DNA of 64,000 nucleotides, from positions 427 through 64,426 of the forward strand of contig CAYXMY010000001.1 of NCBI GenBank assembly GCA_964466155.1, given 5' to 3'. Source of the stretch: an uncultured Caenibius sp. Its GTDB lineage: Bacteria > Pseudomonadota > Alphaproteobacteria > Sphingomonadales > Sphingomonadaceae. The position numbers were made by a program, and so were the translations under genes. This document shows, piece after piece, positions 28,763-38,027 of the stretch (positions within the stretch are counted from its first letter, which is position 1; the number at the start of each line of letters is the position of its first letter). Under the pieces are notes generated by a model that worked only from the letters and a program-made list of their open reading frames with translations, was not told the origin of the DNA and did no database searches.

Positions 28763-28797
28763 AAAAGCCCCGCCTCCTTGCGAAGGCGGGGCCGTTT
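28763..28797. terminator. Bidirectional rho-independent terminator
   Basis: gccccgcct (28767-28775) pairs with aggcggggc (28784-28792). An A-run lies upstream and gtttc downstream, between convergent genes. Confidence 0.65.
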
Positions 28798-28835
28798 CAT
28801 CGGTCGCAGGCGGGATACTTTCCCGCCCGCTACCC

Positions 28836-30527
28836 TTATTCGTTGCCGCCGGTCATATCGCGCGCCGCGATATAGCCGAAGGTCATCGCCGGACCGAGCG
28901 TGCTGCCCGCGCCGGGATAGCTTTCGCCCATCACCGAGGCGGAGTTGTTGCCCACGGCATAGAGACCCTGGATCGCCTTCCCGGCATCGTCGAGCACTTG
29001 CGCCTTGGCATTGGTCAGCAGGCCGCCGTTGGTGCCGATATCGCCCGGATAGATCGGCATCGCATAGAACGGCGCTTCGGTCAGCGCGCGCAGGCACGGG
29101 TTGGGCATGTTGCGCGGATCGCCGTACATCTTGTCGTAAGCCGCCCGCCCGCGATGGAACAGCGGATCTTCGCCTTTCGCCGCATTCTCGTTGAATTCGG
29201 CAACGGTCTTGCTCAGCGCTACCGGATCGACGCCCATCTGCGTGGCCAGTTCCTCGATCGTTTTCGCTTTCTTGAGGATCTGCTTCACCGCACCGCTTTG
29301 CAACCAGTCGGGCATCAGCGGATAGACCGGCCCCATGGGGAACTGGTGGCGATAGCGATAGTCGAACACCATCCAGCTCGGGCTGGCATCGCCATGTTCA
29401 AGCTGACGCCGGGCCATCTGTTGTCCGGCAACGTGATAGGACGCCGCTTCGTTGAGATAGCGCTGCCCCTTCTGGTTGACCATGATACAGCCCGGCAGCG
29501 CGCGCTCCATCGTCGCCAGGCGTCCGCGATCTTCACCCGGAACGTAGAACACCGGCGCAGCCCAGGTGGATTGCATGTTCATCGTCGTGGCGCCGATGCC
29601 CTGCCCCGCGCGAATGGAATCGCCGGTGTTGCTGGTCACGCCGCCTGAAATCTGCGCCGTGGGATAGAGCGGCGCGTATTCCTTGCGCATTTCCTGGTTC
29701 TTGTCGAACCCGCCGGCCGCCAGAACTACACCCTTGCGCGCGCGGATTCGCATCGGCTTGCCTTTGTGCGTGATGACGGCGCCCGTCACCTGATCGCCTT
29801 CACGGACGAGTTCGGTCAACGGGCTTTCCAGCCACAGCGGGACGTTCCGCTCGTTCAAGGCCAGACGCAGACCGCCCGACAGGGCATTGCCCAGCGTGAG
29901 ACGGCGATCCTTGCCCGAAGTGAAACGGAACGGAAGGTCGAGCCAGTATTTCGCCATGTTCACGGCCAGATGCGTGAACCACCCCTTCGTGCGGTACAAC
30001 AGTTCCGTGGTTTCCGCGAAATTCCAGTTCAGCCAGCCGAACAGGCTGGCCGCGGGCGAAGCGAAACGCAGCGTACGCACATCGGCGCCCAACTGCTTGC
30101 CATCGAGCTGCAATGGCAGATGGGTGCGGAAGCCCGTCGGCGAACCGCCGGGGTTTTCCGCATGATAATCGGGATAAGGGACCGAGATATAGCGGACCTG
30201 GGTGTTGTCCAGCACCCAGCGCAGCATCGGCGCGGCATTGTCGACATAGGCCTGGATGTTTTCATCCGGCACGTTGTCCTTCGACAGCCCGCGAATGTAG
30301 GTAAAGGCGTCGTCGAGATTATCGTCGAACCCCGCCTCGCGGGCGAGATCGCTGCCCGGAATCCAGATGCCGCCGCCGGATGTGGCGGAAGTGCCGCCCC
30401 ACAGCTTGTCCTTTTCGACGACCAACACATCGGCATTGTTCTTCGCCGCGACCAGCGCGCTGAGCATGCCGCCCGCGCCCGAGCCGACGACGAGGACATC
30501 GACTTCTTTATCCCAATTCTGGCTCAT
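28836..30527 (-). CDS. FAD-dependent 3-oxosteroid 1-dehydrogenase-like (KstD / fumarate-reductase flavoprotein family)
   Basis: Trimmed to MSQNWDKEVDVLVVGSGAGGMLSALVAA...WGGTSATSGGGIWIPG. 563 aa, which is KstD-like in size and N-terminus. Confidence 0.85.
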   Translation of the reverse strand: MSQNWDKEVDVLVVGSGAGGMLSALVAAKNNADVLVVEKDKLWGGTSATSGGGIWIPGSDLAREAGFDDNLDDAFTYIRGLSKDNVPDENIQAYVDNAAPMLRWVLDNTQVRYISVPYPDYHAENPGGSPTGFRTHLPLQLDGKQLGADVRTLRFASPAASLFGWLNWNFAETTELLYRTKGWFTHLAVNMAKYWLDLPFRFTSGKDRRLTLGNALSGGLRLALNERNVPLWLESPLTELVREGDQVTGAVITHKGKPMRIRARKGVVLAAGGFDKNQEMRKEYAPLYPTAQISGGVTSNTGDSIRAGQGIGATTMNMQSTWAAPVFYVPGEDRGRLATMERALPGCIMVNQKGQRYLNEAASYHVAGQQMARRQLEHGDASPSWMVFDYRYRHQFPMGPVYPLMPDWLQSGAVKQILKKAKTIEELATQMGVDPVALSKTVAEFNENAAKGEDPLFHRGRAAYDKMYGDPRNMPNPCLRALTEAPFYAMPIYPGDIGTNGGLLTNAKAQVLDDAGKAIQGLYAVGNNSASVMGESYPGAGSTLGPAMTFGYIAARDMTGGNE

Positions 30528-30531
30528 ATCT

Positions 30532-31320
30532 TTATTCCGCGCTGAAAAATTGAGGAGCCTTGCGCTCGACGATGGCCTGATTCCGATTGGAGAATGTCGG
30601 TTCCAGCGCTTCGGGCTGCGGGAATATCCAGTATTCGCCGCGTTCCACCGCATCGAGCACCAGCGGCGCGAATTCATCGCCCGTCATGCCGTGCTGTTCG
30701 AGCATGCTCGTCATCGTGGTGTGGAAGCCTTCCGCCTGCTCGGGCGGCGCTTCACGGAAAATGCCGGACTTGACCGGCCCCGGCGCCAGCAACGAGACGC
30801 CGATCTTCGATCCCAGAATCTGCAACTCGCCCGCCAGGCTTTCGGTCAGCGCCACAGTGGCGAACTTGGTGGCCGAATAAGGGGCCATCAGCGGCGAAGG
30901 AAGGAACCCGCCGACAGACGCCGTGTTGATGATCCGCGCCGGGCGGTCGGCGGCCAGCAGCCGGGGCACGAAAGCGCGCAACCCGTTGAGGATACCTTCG
31001 ATGTTGACGGCCCACGCCTGCTGCCATTTTTCGGCCGGAATTTCCCAACTGTTGCCGGTGGCCAGAACGCCCGCGTTGTTGAACAGCAGATCGACCTGCC
31101 CGTGGGCCTTGTACGCCTTTTCGGCCAGCGCTTCGCAGGCGGCCAGATCGGTCACATCGGTCTGCACCGCATAGGCGGCATTGCCGATTCCGCGCGCCAC
31201 TTCCTGCAGTGCGGCCTCGTCACGGTCGGCCAGCACGACCTGCATTCCACGACGGGCGGCTTCGCGCGCCAGCCCGGCGCCAATCCCGCCGGCTGCGCCG
31301 GTAATTACGGCAACGGTCAT
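30532..31320 (-). CDS. Short-chain dehydrogenase/reductase (SDR)
   Basis: Trimmed to MTVAVITGAAGGIG. NNAG and YSATK motifs. Lies 4 nt upstream of the KstD-like gene. Confidence 0.9.
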   Translation of the reverse strand: MTVAVITGAAGGIGAGLAREAARRGMQVVLADRDEAALQEVARGIGNAAYAVQTDVTDLAACEALAEKAYKAHGQVDLLFNNAGVLATGNSWEIPAEKWQQAWAVNIEGILNGLRAFVPRLLAADRPARIINTASVGGFLPSPLMAPYSATKFATVALTESLAGELQILGSKIGVSLLAPGPVKSGIFREAPPEQAEGFHTTMTSMLEQHGMTGDEFAPLVLDAVERGEYWIFPQPEALEPTFSNRNQAIVERKAPQFFSAE

Positions 31321-31454
31321 CCAAAATCTCTCCTTCAAGGGGATGTAAACGGCAAGGATTCGCCGCCGTCAATGACGCGTGCGCGATCGTCCCCCGCAGC
31401 CTGCTGCAACACAGGCATTTTCCCACCGAATTGACGACGCAACTGTGGACACGC

Positions 31455-31484
31455 TTGCCAATAAGTCAACACCATGCGTAGAAT
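31455..31484 (+). promoter_or_regulatory. Candidate sigma-70-type promoter for 31525 SDR operon
   Basis: TTGCCA, 18-nt spacer, TAGAAT, about 40 nt upstream of the ATG. AAGGTGAGG ribosome-binding site. Confidence 0.3.
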
Positions 31485-31524
31485 GTCGGCCAATAATCTA
31501 CGAATTGACACAAGGTGAGGATGC

Positions 31525-32286
31525 ATGACCGATCTTAGCGGCAAAGTAGCACTTATCACCGGCGCGGGTCAGGGTGTGGGGCAGGGAATCGCCTTCGCGC
31601 TCGCCGATGCCGGCGCCAGCGTCGTGCTGGCTGGGCGGACACTGGAAAAGGTCCAGAAATCGGCCGATGAAATCATCAAGCGCGGCGGCAAGGCAATGGC
31701 CTTGGCCTGCAACGTAAAAGCGGCGGATGATCTTGCCCAGGCGGTCGATGCCACAGTGAAGGAATTCGGCGGGCTCGATATCCTCGTCAACAACGCGCAG
31801 GAAGTGCCGCTCGGCACGCTGGACAAGGTCACCGACGCGGCGTTCACCGCAGGCTTCGAATCGGGGCCGCTGGCCACGATGCGCCTGATGAAACTGGCCC
31901 ACCCCCATATGAAGGCGCGCGGCGGCGGGACGATCTTCAATTTCGCCTCTTCCGCCGGCATCCGCTGGGATATGAGCGGCTACGGCGCGTATGGTGCGGT
32001 CAAGCAGGCGATCCGCAGCCTGACCCGCGCAGCCGCAGCCGAATGGGGACCGGACAACATCCGCGTGCTGACGATTGCCCCGCACGCGGAATCGCCAGGC
32101 CTCAAGGGCTGGTTCGAAGCCAACCCCGAAGAAGCCGCCGCGTTCTTCCGCACCATTCCGCTGGGCCGTATCGGCAGGCTCGAAGAAGATATCGGCCGTG
32201 CCCTCGTCGCCCTGTGCGGCACTGACCTCAGCTATCTCACCGGCGCCACCATTCCGCTCGACGGCGGCCAGGCAAACTTCGACTGA
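31525..32286 (+). CDS. Short-chain dehydrogenase/reductase (SDR)
   Basis: ITGAGQGVGQG, NNAQ and YGAVK motifs. Confidence 0.9.
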   Translation: MTDLSGKVALITGAGQGVGQGIAFALADAGASVVLAGRTLEKVQKSADEIIKRGGKAMALACNVKAADDLAQAVDATVKEFGGLDILVNNAQEVPLGTLDKVTDAAFTAGFESGPLATMRLMKLAHPHMKARGGGTIFNFASSAGIRWDMSGYGAYGAVKQAIRSLTRAAAAEWGPDNIRVLTIAPHAESPGLKGWFEANPEEAAAFFRTIPLGRIGRLEEDIGRALVALCGTDLSYLTGATIPLDGGQANFD

Positions 32287-32297
32287 GGCGAAACGAC

Positions 32298-33008
32298 ATG
32301 GAAAAAGTCATTTACGCCCTTTGGAAAGCCGAAGGCGAAGATCGCGAGACCTTCAATTCCCGTCTCCTGGAACAGCTTCCCGAAGCGCTGAAGAAAACCG
32401 GCGCCACGAAAGTGCGCATCAACCTGCGCGATGCCACGGTCGATCCGGCGGCACCCCTGATCCAGCAATGGCAGCAGCCGATGCAGGATGCCGTGGTGCA
32501 ATTGTGGCTGCCTTCGGCCAATGCCATATTCCGGGGCGATACCGATGCCGCCATCGCCGCCCGGTGCGGCCGTTTCGCCGCCTGGCTGGTCGCGGAATCG
32601 GCCATCATCCCCAACACCCAGCATCCGCCGGTAAAGAAGGGTGAACGGACCTGGGGCTGGTCGCAGGCGAGCTTCATTTCTTTCCGCAAGGATATGCGCT
32701 GGGAAGATTCCATCAAGCATTGGCATAGCCACCACGCGCGTGTGGCCATCGATACTCAGTCGAACTTCGAATATATCCAGAACCTGATCGTCCGTCCGCT
32801 GACGGACAATGCGCCGACTTATGGCGCATTCGTGGAAGAATGCTTCCCGCTGGAAGCCATGACGGATAGCTACGTCTTCTTCGACGCGGTGGGCGATGAG
32901 GATAAATATCAGGCCAATTTCAAGGCAATGATGGATAGCTGCGCCGGTTTCATCGATGCGAGCCAGATCGACATCGTCCCGACCAGCCAGTTCGATTTCG
33001 CAGAGTGA
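32298..33008 (+). CDS. Hypothetical protein, possibly a tandem EthD-like / dimeric alpha-beta-barrel protein
   Basis: 236-aa ORF. The N-terminus (MEKVIYALWKAEGEDRETFNSRLLE) resembles EthD-domain starts. No catalytic motif recognised. Confidence 0.6.
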   Translation: MEKVIYALWKAEGEDRETFNSRLLEQLPEALKKTGATKVRINLRDATVDPAAPLIQQWQQPMQDAVVQLWLPSANAIFRGDTDAAIAARCGRFAAWLVAESAIIPNTQHPPVKKGERTWGWSQASFISFRKDMRWEDSIKHWHSHHARVAIDTQSNFEYIQNLIVRPLTDNAPTYGAFVEECFPLEAMTDSYVFFDAVGDEDKYQANFKAMMDSCAGFIDASQIDIVPTSQFDFAE

Positions 33009-33032
33009 GGTAGGTTCCCCCTACCCGGCCCA

Positions 33033-33890
33033 ATGTCATTCACACCCACGATACTCAACCAGCTCGAAGTCGCGTTTGGCCGGATCGAGCTGGTTGAATG
33101 GGCCTGGCCGGACATTCTCGAATTCACCCGCACCGAAGCCGATCTGATGCTGGAGATGTCGATCCCTCCGCTTTCGACGGAAGCATCGGCCTGCTTTCCG
33201 GATATTGCACCGGACAAATACTGCTTCATGGGCACGTTGTTCGTCCGCTACCCCAACATTGCGGTCAGCGGCCGTTCCGAAGGCGGGCGCATCCGCGTTC
33301 TGCGCTGCGTATTCGAAAAGACCACCGCCCGCAGAATCCTGCGCCACAAGCCCAATCCTCCGCTCGATTTCCTGCAATCCTTGCTCAACGTCCGCAACGA
33401 CGCGCTGCGCACGCTGATGCGCCTCGCCCATCGCGAACTGATCAATCCGGTCGATCCGTCCCCCGCCGCCATCGAAGCGCTGATGAACGTCATCGTGGTG
33501 GAAATGGAGCGGCTGTTCGAACGGCAGCGGGACAGCCAATCCAGCGGCCGCCTGGCAGGCTGGCAATACCGGCGCATCCGCGAACGCCTGATGCAGGGCG
33601 ACGGTCAACCGGCGGTGGCCGAACTGGCGCGCCTGTGCGGCATTAGCAGCCGCCATCTCCACCGGCAGTTTCTCGCCCTGACCGGAAAAACGATCTCCAA
33701 ATATATCGAGAATTTCTGGGTCGAGCAGGCCAAGGAATTGTTGCTCACCCGGGGCGTTTCGATCAAGGAAATCGCCGAGCGTTGCGGCTTTTCCCACGCC
33801 AACAGTTTTTCGCGCGCTTTTCGCCGGGTCAGCGGATTATCGCCGCAGAAATTCAGGCAACGCGCCGGAGACAGTGCGAGCGAGATATGA
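33033..33890 (+). CDS. AraC family transcriptional regulator
   Basis: C-terminal double HTH (ELARLCGISSRHLHRQF...IKEIAERCGFSHANSFSRAFRR). Confidence 0.88.
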   Translation: MSFTPTILNQLEVAFGRIELVEWAWPDILEFTRTEADLMLEMSIPPLSTEASACFPDIAPDKYCFMGTLFVRYPNIAVSGRSEGGRIRVLRCVFEKTTARRILRHKPNPPLDFLQSLLNVRNDALRTLMRLAHRELINPVDPSPAAIEALMNVIVVEMERLFERQRDSQSSGRLAGWQYRRIRERLMQGDGQPAVAELARLCGISSRHLHRQFLALTGKTISKYIENFWVEQAKELLLTRGVSIKEIAERCGFSHANSFSRAFRRVSGLSPQKFRQRAGDSASEI

Positions 33891-33960
33891 CGGGCGCACC
33901 GTGATGACATGCGGGGGTTCCTTCCCCCAACCCCTTGTTTCGATTTGAGAGGATACGATC

Positions 33961-34833
33961 ATGACTGACAGGAAAGTGGCGCTGGTGACCGGGGCCAGCC
34001 GCGGGGCCGGGGCCGGCATCGCCCGCGGTTTCGGTGAGTTGGGCTATACCGTCTATGTCACCGGCCGCACCGTCGCGCCGGGCGATGCCAAGGGGTGGGA
34101 CGGGTCCGTATTGCCCGGCACGGTGGCGGAAACCGCCGCGCAGATCACCGAACTGGGCGGTCAGGGTATTCCCGTATTGTGCGATCATGCGGACGATGCC
34201 CAGGTCGCCAGGCTGTTCGAACAGATCGAGGCGGAACAGGGCCGCCTCGATATCCTCGTCAACAACGCGACTTATATCCATCACCAGCTCATCACCAAGA
34301 TGCCGTTCTGGGAAAAGGAACTGGACGCGCAGAAGATTCTCGATGTGGGCTTGCGCTCGGCCTATGTCGCCAGTTGGCACGCCGCGAAGATCATGGTGCG
34401 GCAGGGCAGCGGGTTGATCGGCATGGTCTCCTCCTTCGGCGCGACCTGCTACATGCACGGCCCCGCTTATGGCGCGCAGAAAGCCGGTCTGGACAAACTC
34501 GCGCATGACATGTGGCACGATCTGCGTGGCACCGGCGTCGCCGCCGTGTCCATCTGGCTCGGCCCGCAAATGACGGAGCGGGCGAAGATTTCGGCCGAAG
34601 TCGAACCGGAACAGTACAAGGAACTGATCGCGACGGCGGAAAATCCGGAATTCACCGCCCATATCCTCGATGCCATCGACAAGGCCCCCAATCGTGAGGA
34701 CCTGTCGGGTCAGACGCTGGTCGGCGCGGAGATCGCGAAGGAACTGGGCGTGACCGACCGCGGGGTGGAACGCCCCTCTTATCGTGAAATGCTGGGCACC
34801 CCGCGCGATCGCAATTTCGCCGCGATCTATTGA
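33961..34833 (+). CDS. Short-chain dehydrogenase/reductase (SDR)
   Basis: VTGASRGAGAG, NNA and YGAQK motifs. Confidence 0.9.
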   Translation: MTDRKVALVTGASRGAGAGIARGFGELGYTVYVTGRTVAPGDAKGWDGSVLPGTVAETAAQITELGGQGIPVLCDHADDAQVARLFEQIEAEQGRLDILVNNATYIHHQLITKMPFWEKELDAQKILDVGLRSAYVASWHAAKIMVRQGSGLIGMVSSFGATCYMHGPAYGAQKAGLDKLAHDMWHDLRGTGVAAVSIWLGPQMTERAKISAEVEPEQYKELIATAENPEFTAHILDAIDKAPNREDLSGQTLVGAEIAKELGVTDRGVERPSYREMLGTPRDRNFAAIY

Positions 34834-34861
34834 TCCCCTTTGCCCCGTTACCGAGGAGAGA

Positions 34862-35149
34862 ATGATGGCTATCAAAGTGGTTTACGATATGACCGCCGCC
34901 GCCGGGAAAGGCGATGAATTTGCCGGTGCGCTTGCAGACCTTGCCGCAATCGTGCGTCCGCTCGCAGGCTGTGACGGCATCGATATCCTGCGCAAGCAGG
35001 ACAATGCGGACCAGTTCCTGTTCATCGAAAGCTGGCAGTCGAACGAAGCCTATGCCGAAGCGGCCAAGCAAGTGCCGCAAACGGCCTTCGCCCCGCTAAA
35101 GCCGCTGTTGGCCGGACCGCCTGCGCGCGCCGCCTACGACGCCGGGTAA
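34862..35149 (+). CDS. Antibiotic-biosynthesis-monooxygenase (ABM) domain protein
   Basis: Trimmed to the ATG at 34862, downstream of a GAGGAGAG ribosome-binding site. 95 aa with an ABM-like pattern (FLFIESWQSNEAYAEA). Confidence 0.75.
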   Translation: MMAIKVVYDMTAAAGKGDEFAGALADLAAIVRPLAGCDGIDILRKQDNADQFLFIESWQSNEAYAEAAKQVPQTAFAPLKPLLAGPPARAAYDAG

Positions 35150-35156
35150 GGCCATC

Positions 35157-35190
35157 GGGGGGAGCGTTTCTGAACAAACGCCCCCCCTTT
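35157..35190. terminator. Hairpin between convergent genes
   Basis: ggggggagcgttt pairs with aaacgccccccc (one mismatch), followed by ttt. Confidence 0.45.
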
Positions 35191-35202
35191 CCACTTCGAC
35201 GA

Positions 35203-35997
35203 TTACACGCCTCGCGCGGGGGTAAGCAGCGCTTCCAGCGCGTCCACCAGAATGCGCCCCCGTTCCAGCGGGCTGAGGCCCGGCGGTGCGGCGAACGGTG
35301 CTTCCACGGCAATACGCGCATGGGCAGGCAAGAGCGGGATCAACGTTCCCAGCCGGAATTCCCCCTGCCCCGGCGGCAAGCGGCCCTGCACGGCTTCGGT
35401 CGCAAGATCGCCCGGTGCGGCCAGCGGGCCATCACTGATCTGCACATGCACAATCCGCTCCGGCGGCAAGGCGGCGATATCCGCCCATGTTCCGCCGGTG
35501 CGCATCACATGCAACGTATCGATGGTCAGTCCGACATCGTCCCCGCTCATTTCCGCCAGAGCCAAGGCATCGGCGGGCGTGCGCACCGGGGAGAGGGAAA
35601 AGGCCTCTATCACCATGCGCGTGCCCGCCGCGCGCGCCATCTGCGCAAGGCGCCCCATGGCATCTTCGCGCCGCGAAGGATCGTTATCCATCGCCAGGGC
35701 ATTGATATCCCCGCCCAGTTCCGCCGCCAGAGCGAGCGTGGCCTGCATCGCTTCCCAATCGGGTGCGTCATCGAGCAGGAACGGTTCCACCACACCGACC
35801 GAAAGCCCGTTCGCCCGCAGCGCCGCTATCACCTCCCGGCGAGCGGGTGCATCTGTCACCAGATCCCGGTAAGGGCCTATTGGCAAGGGCCGGACGAACA
35901 GGCTCACGGCAGAACATGACAATTGCCCCGCGACCTCGATCATGGCGAGCGCGGGCAAATCGTGAAGCGACAAATGGTCGAAGCAAATAGGGCTCAT
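35203..35997 (-). CDS. Sugar phosphate isomerase/epimerase (xylose-isomerase-like TIM barrel) family protein
   Basis: 264 aa, paralogous in layout to 211..1023. Confidence 0.75.
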   Translation of the reverse strand: MSPICFDHLSLHDLPALAMIEVAGQLSCSAVSLFVRPLPIGPYRDLVTDAPARREVIAALRANGLSVGVVEPFLLDDAPDWEAMQATLALAAELGGDINALAMDNDPSRREDAMGRLAQMARAAGTRMVIEAFSLSPVRTPADALALAEMSGDDVGLTIDTLHVMRTGGTWADIAALPPERIVHVQISDGPLAAPGDLATEAVQGRLPPGQGEFRLGTLIPLLPAHARIAVEAPFAAPPGLSPLERGRILVDALEALLTPARGV

Positions 35998-36284
35998 CGA
36001 AAGCCAGGTTCGACGGATAATTTCGCGGCGTCAATCGTTCTGCACACGATGGCGAGTCGCTGCGGCGCAGCTTTACGGATCGTCATGCCCGGCGAACCAC
36101 CGCACCTCCCCCGAAACGGCCCGGTTCCTGCACAAAAGAACCGAAAAATGATCCGAACAGGCTCAAAATTCGCTACCAATCGGGTTGCGCGATTTGGCTG
36201 AATACGGAACGAGAGGTATTTTCTCCGCAACGGCATGAAGCGCAAATTTTGCGCTCTGCCCGTGTTCAATCGGGAGAGATTTGA

Positions 36285-38027
36285 ATGAACGACATGTTGA
36301 TCAGGAACGGTACTGTCGTGGACGGCACCGGCGCTCCTGCATTTAAGGCGGATGTCCGTATCCATGACGGCGTCATCGCCGAAGTGGGTGAAGGCCTGGA
36401 AGCCAACGGTGAGCGCATTTTCGACGCCGATGGCTGCTACGTCACTCCCGGCTTCATCGAAAGCCACACGCACTATGACGCCAGCATGTGGTGGCAGCCC
36501 GATCTCGATCCGCTGCCCGGCTATGGCGCCACCACGATGATCCTGGGCAACTGCGGCTTCACCATGGCCCCGCTTCACCCGGATCAGAAGGTCCGCGAAG
36601 AAGTCATGGGCATCTTCTCCTTCTTCGAAGATATCCCGCTCGAACCCTTCAAGGAACATGTGACCTGGGACTGGAACACCTGGTCGGAATATCGCAAATC
36701 CTTTGAAAAGCGGCTGCAGGTTCCGCTGAACTATGCCAGCTTCGTGGGCCACATTCCGCTGCGCCTTGCCGCGATGGGCATGGAAGCGTGGGACCGCGCC
36801 GCCACTCCCGAAGAAATCGCGAAGATGGCCGAATTGCTCGACGATGCGCTGGCCGCCGGTGCGCTCGGCCTGTCGGACAACCTGCACGATCACGATGGCA
36901 ACGACCGCCCGGTTCCCACGCTGCTGGCCGACGATGCGGAATTCACCGCGCTGTTCGATGTCATGGATCGCTATCCGCACACCTGCTATCAGGTGATCGT
37001 CGACACCTTCATGCGCAAGACCGGCCCGCAAAGCCTCAACCGGCTCGAAAAGCTGCTCAAGGGCCGCAATATCCGCGTCCAGATCGCCGGCGCCGTTCCT
37101 TCGCTCGAATTCCAGAAGGACATCCTCCCCGCGATGCAGGCCAGCACGCAGTCGATGCGCGATGCCGGTATCGACGTGTGGCCCGGTTACGCCCATGTCT
37201 CGCCAACCAACGTGCTGGGGATCGTCAAGTCGCTGATCTACGCGCAGTCGAACGATTATGTCTGGCACGAGGTCGTCCTGGCCGAAGACCATGACGAGAA
37301 GCGCCGCCTGCTGGCCGATCCAGAATGGCGCGCCCGCGCCCGCGATAGCTGGGACAACCATGCCTGGCCGCACTCGCCGTTGCAGAACCCGCAAAGCCTG
37401 TACCTGATCGACAGCGAGAACGGCACCGGCCCGATCAACATCACGCTGAAGGAATATGCCGACAGCCGCGAGCTTCACCGCAGCGACGCGATGGCGGAAT
37501 GGCTTCTCGCCAACGGCACCTTCTCCACCGTGCACATGGCCCCCTTCCCGAAGGACGAGCAGCTCACCATCGAACTGATGGAAGACCCGAAAACGGTGGG
37601 CAACATCTCCGACGCTGGCGCCCACTTGCAAATGCTGTGCGGCGGGGGTGAAAACGCCCTGTTGCTGACCCAGTACGTGCGGGAACAACAGGCGCTTTCG
37701 CTCGAACAGGCCATTCATGTGATGACCGGCAAACTCGCCAACCATTTCTTCCTTCAGGATCGCGGGGTCATCGCACCCGGCAAGCGCGCGGATATCTGCG
37801 TGTTCAATCTGGATGAAGTGGAACGCCGCCAGATGATCAAGGCCTGGGACATGCCGGATGGCAAGGGCGGCACGAGCTGGCGCTTCACCCGCGAAGCGAT
37901 GCCGCCGCGCCTGACGCTGGTCAACGGCGTGCCCACTTTCGAAAACGGCGCATACACCGGCAACAAGCCGGGCCGTTTCCTCACCCCTGCAAATGAAAAT
38001 GCCGGCATGGCAATTGCCGCGGAGTAA
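36285..38027 (+). CDS. Metallo-dependent amidohydrolase, N-acyl-D-amino-acid deacylase (D-aminoacylase)-like
   Basis: 580 aa. N-terminal LIRNGTVVDGTG...VTPGFIESHTHYD metal motif and NCGFTMAP. Paralogue of 48076..49827. Confidence 0.88.
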   Translation: MNDMLIRNGTVVDGTGAPAFKADVRIHDGVIAEVGEGLEANGERIFDADGCYVTPGFIESHTHYDASMWWQPDLDPLPGYGATTMILGNCGFTMAPLHPDQKVREEVMGIFSFFEDIPLEPFKEHVTWDWNTWSEYRKSFEKRLQVPLNYASFVGHIPLRLAAMGMEAWDRAATPEEIAKMAELLDDALAAGALGLSDNLHDHDGNDRPVPTLLADDAEFTALFDVMDRYPHTCYQVIVDTFMRKTGPQSLNRLEKLLKGRNIRVQIAGAVPSLEFQKDILPAMQASTQSMRDAGIDVWPGYAHVSPTNVLGIVKSLIYAQSNDYVWHEVVLAEDHDEKRRLLADPEWRARARDSWDNHAWPHSPLQNPQSLYLIDSENGTGPINITLKEYADSRELHRSDAMAEWLLANGTFSTVHMAPFPKDEQLTIELMEDPKTVGNISDAGAHLQMLCGGGENALLLTQYVREQQALSLEQAIHVMTGKLANHFFLQDRGVIAPGKRADICVFNLDEVERRQMIKAWDMPDGKGGTSWRFTREAMPPRLTLVNGVPTFENGAYTGNKPGRFLTPANENAGMAIAAE

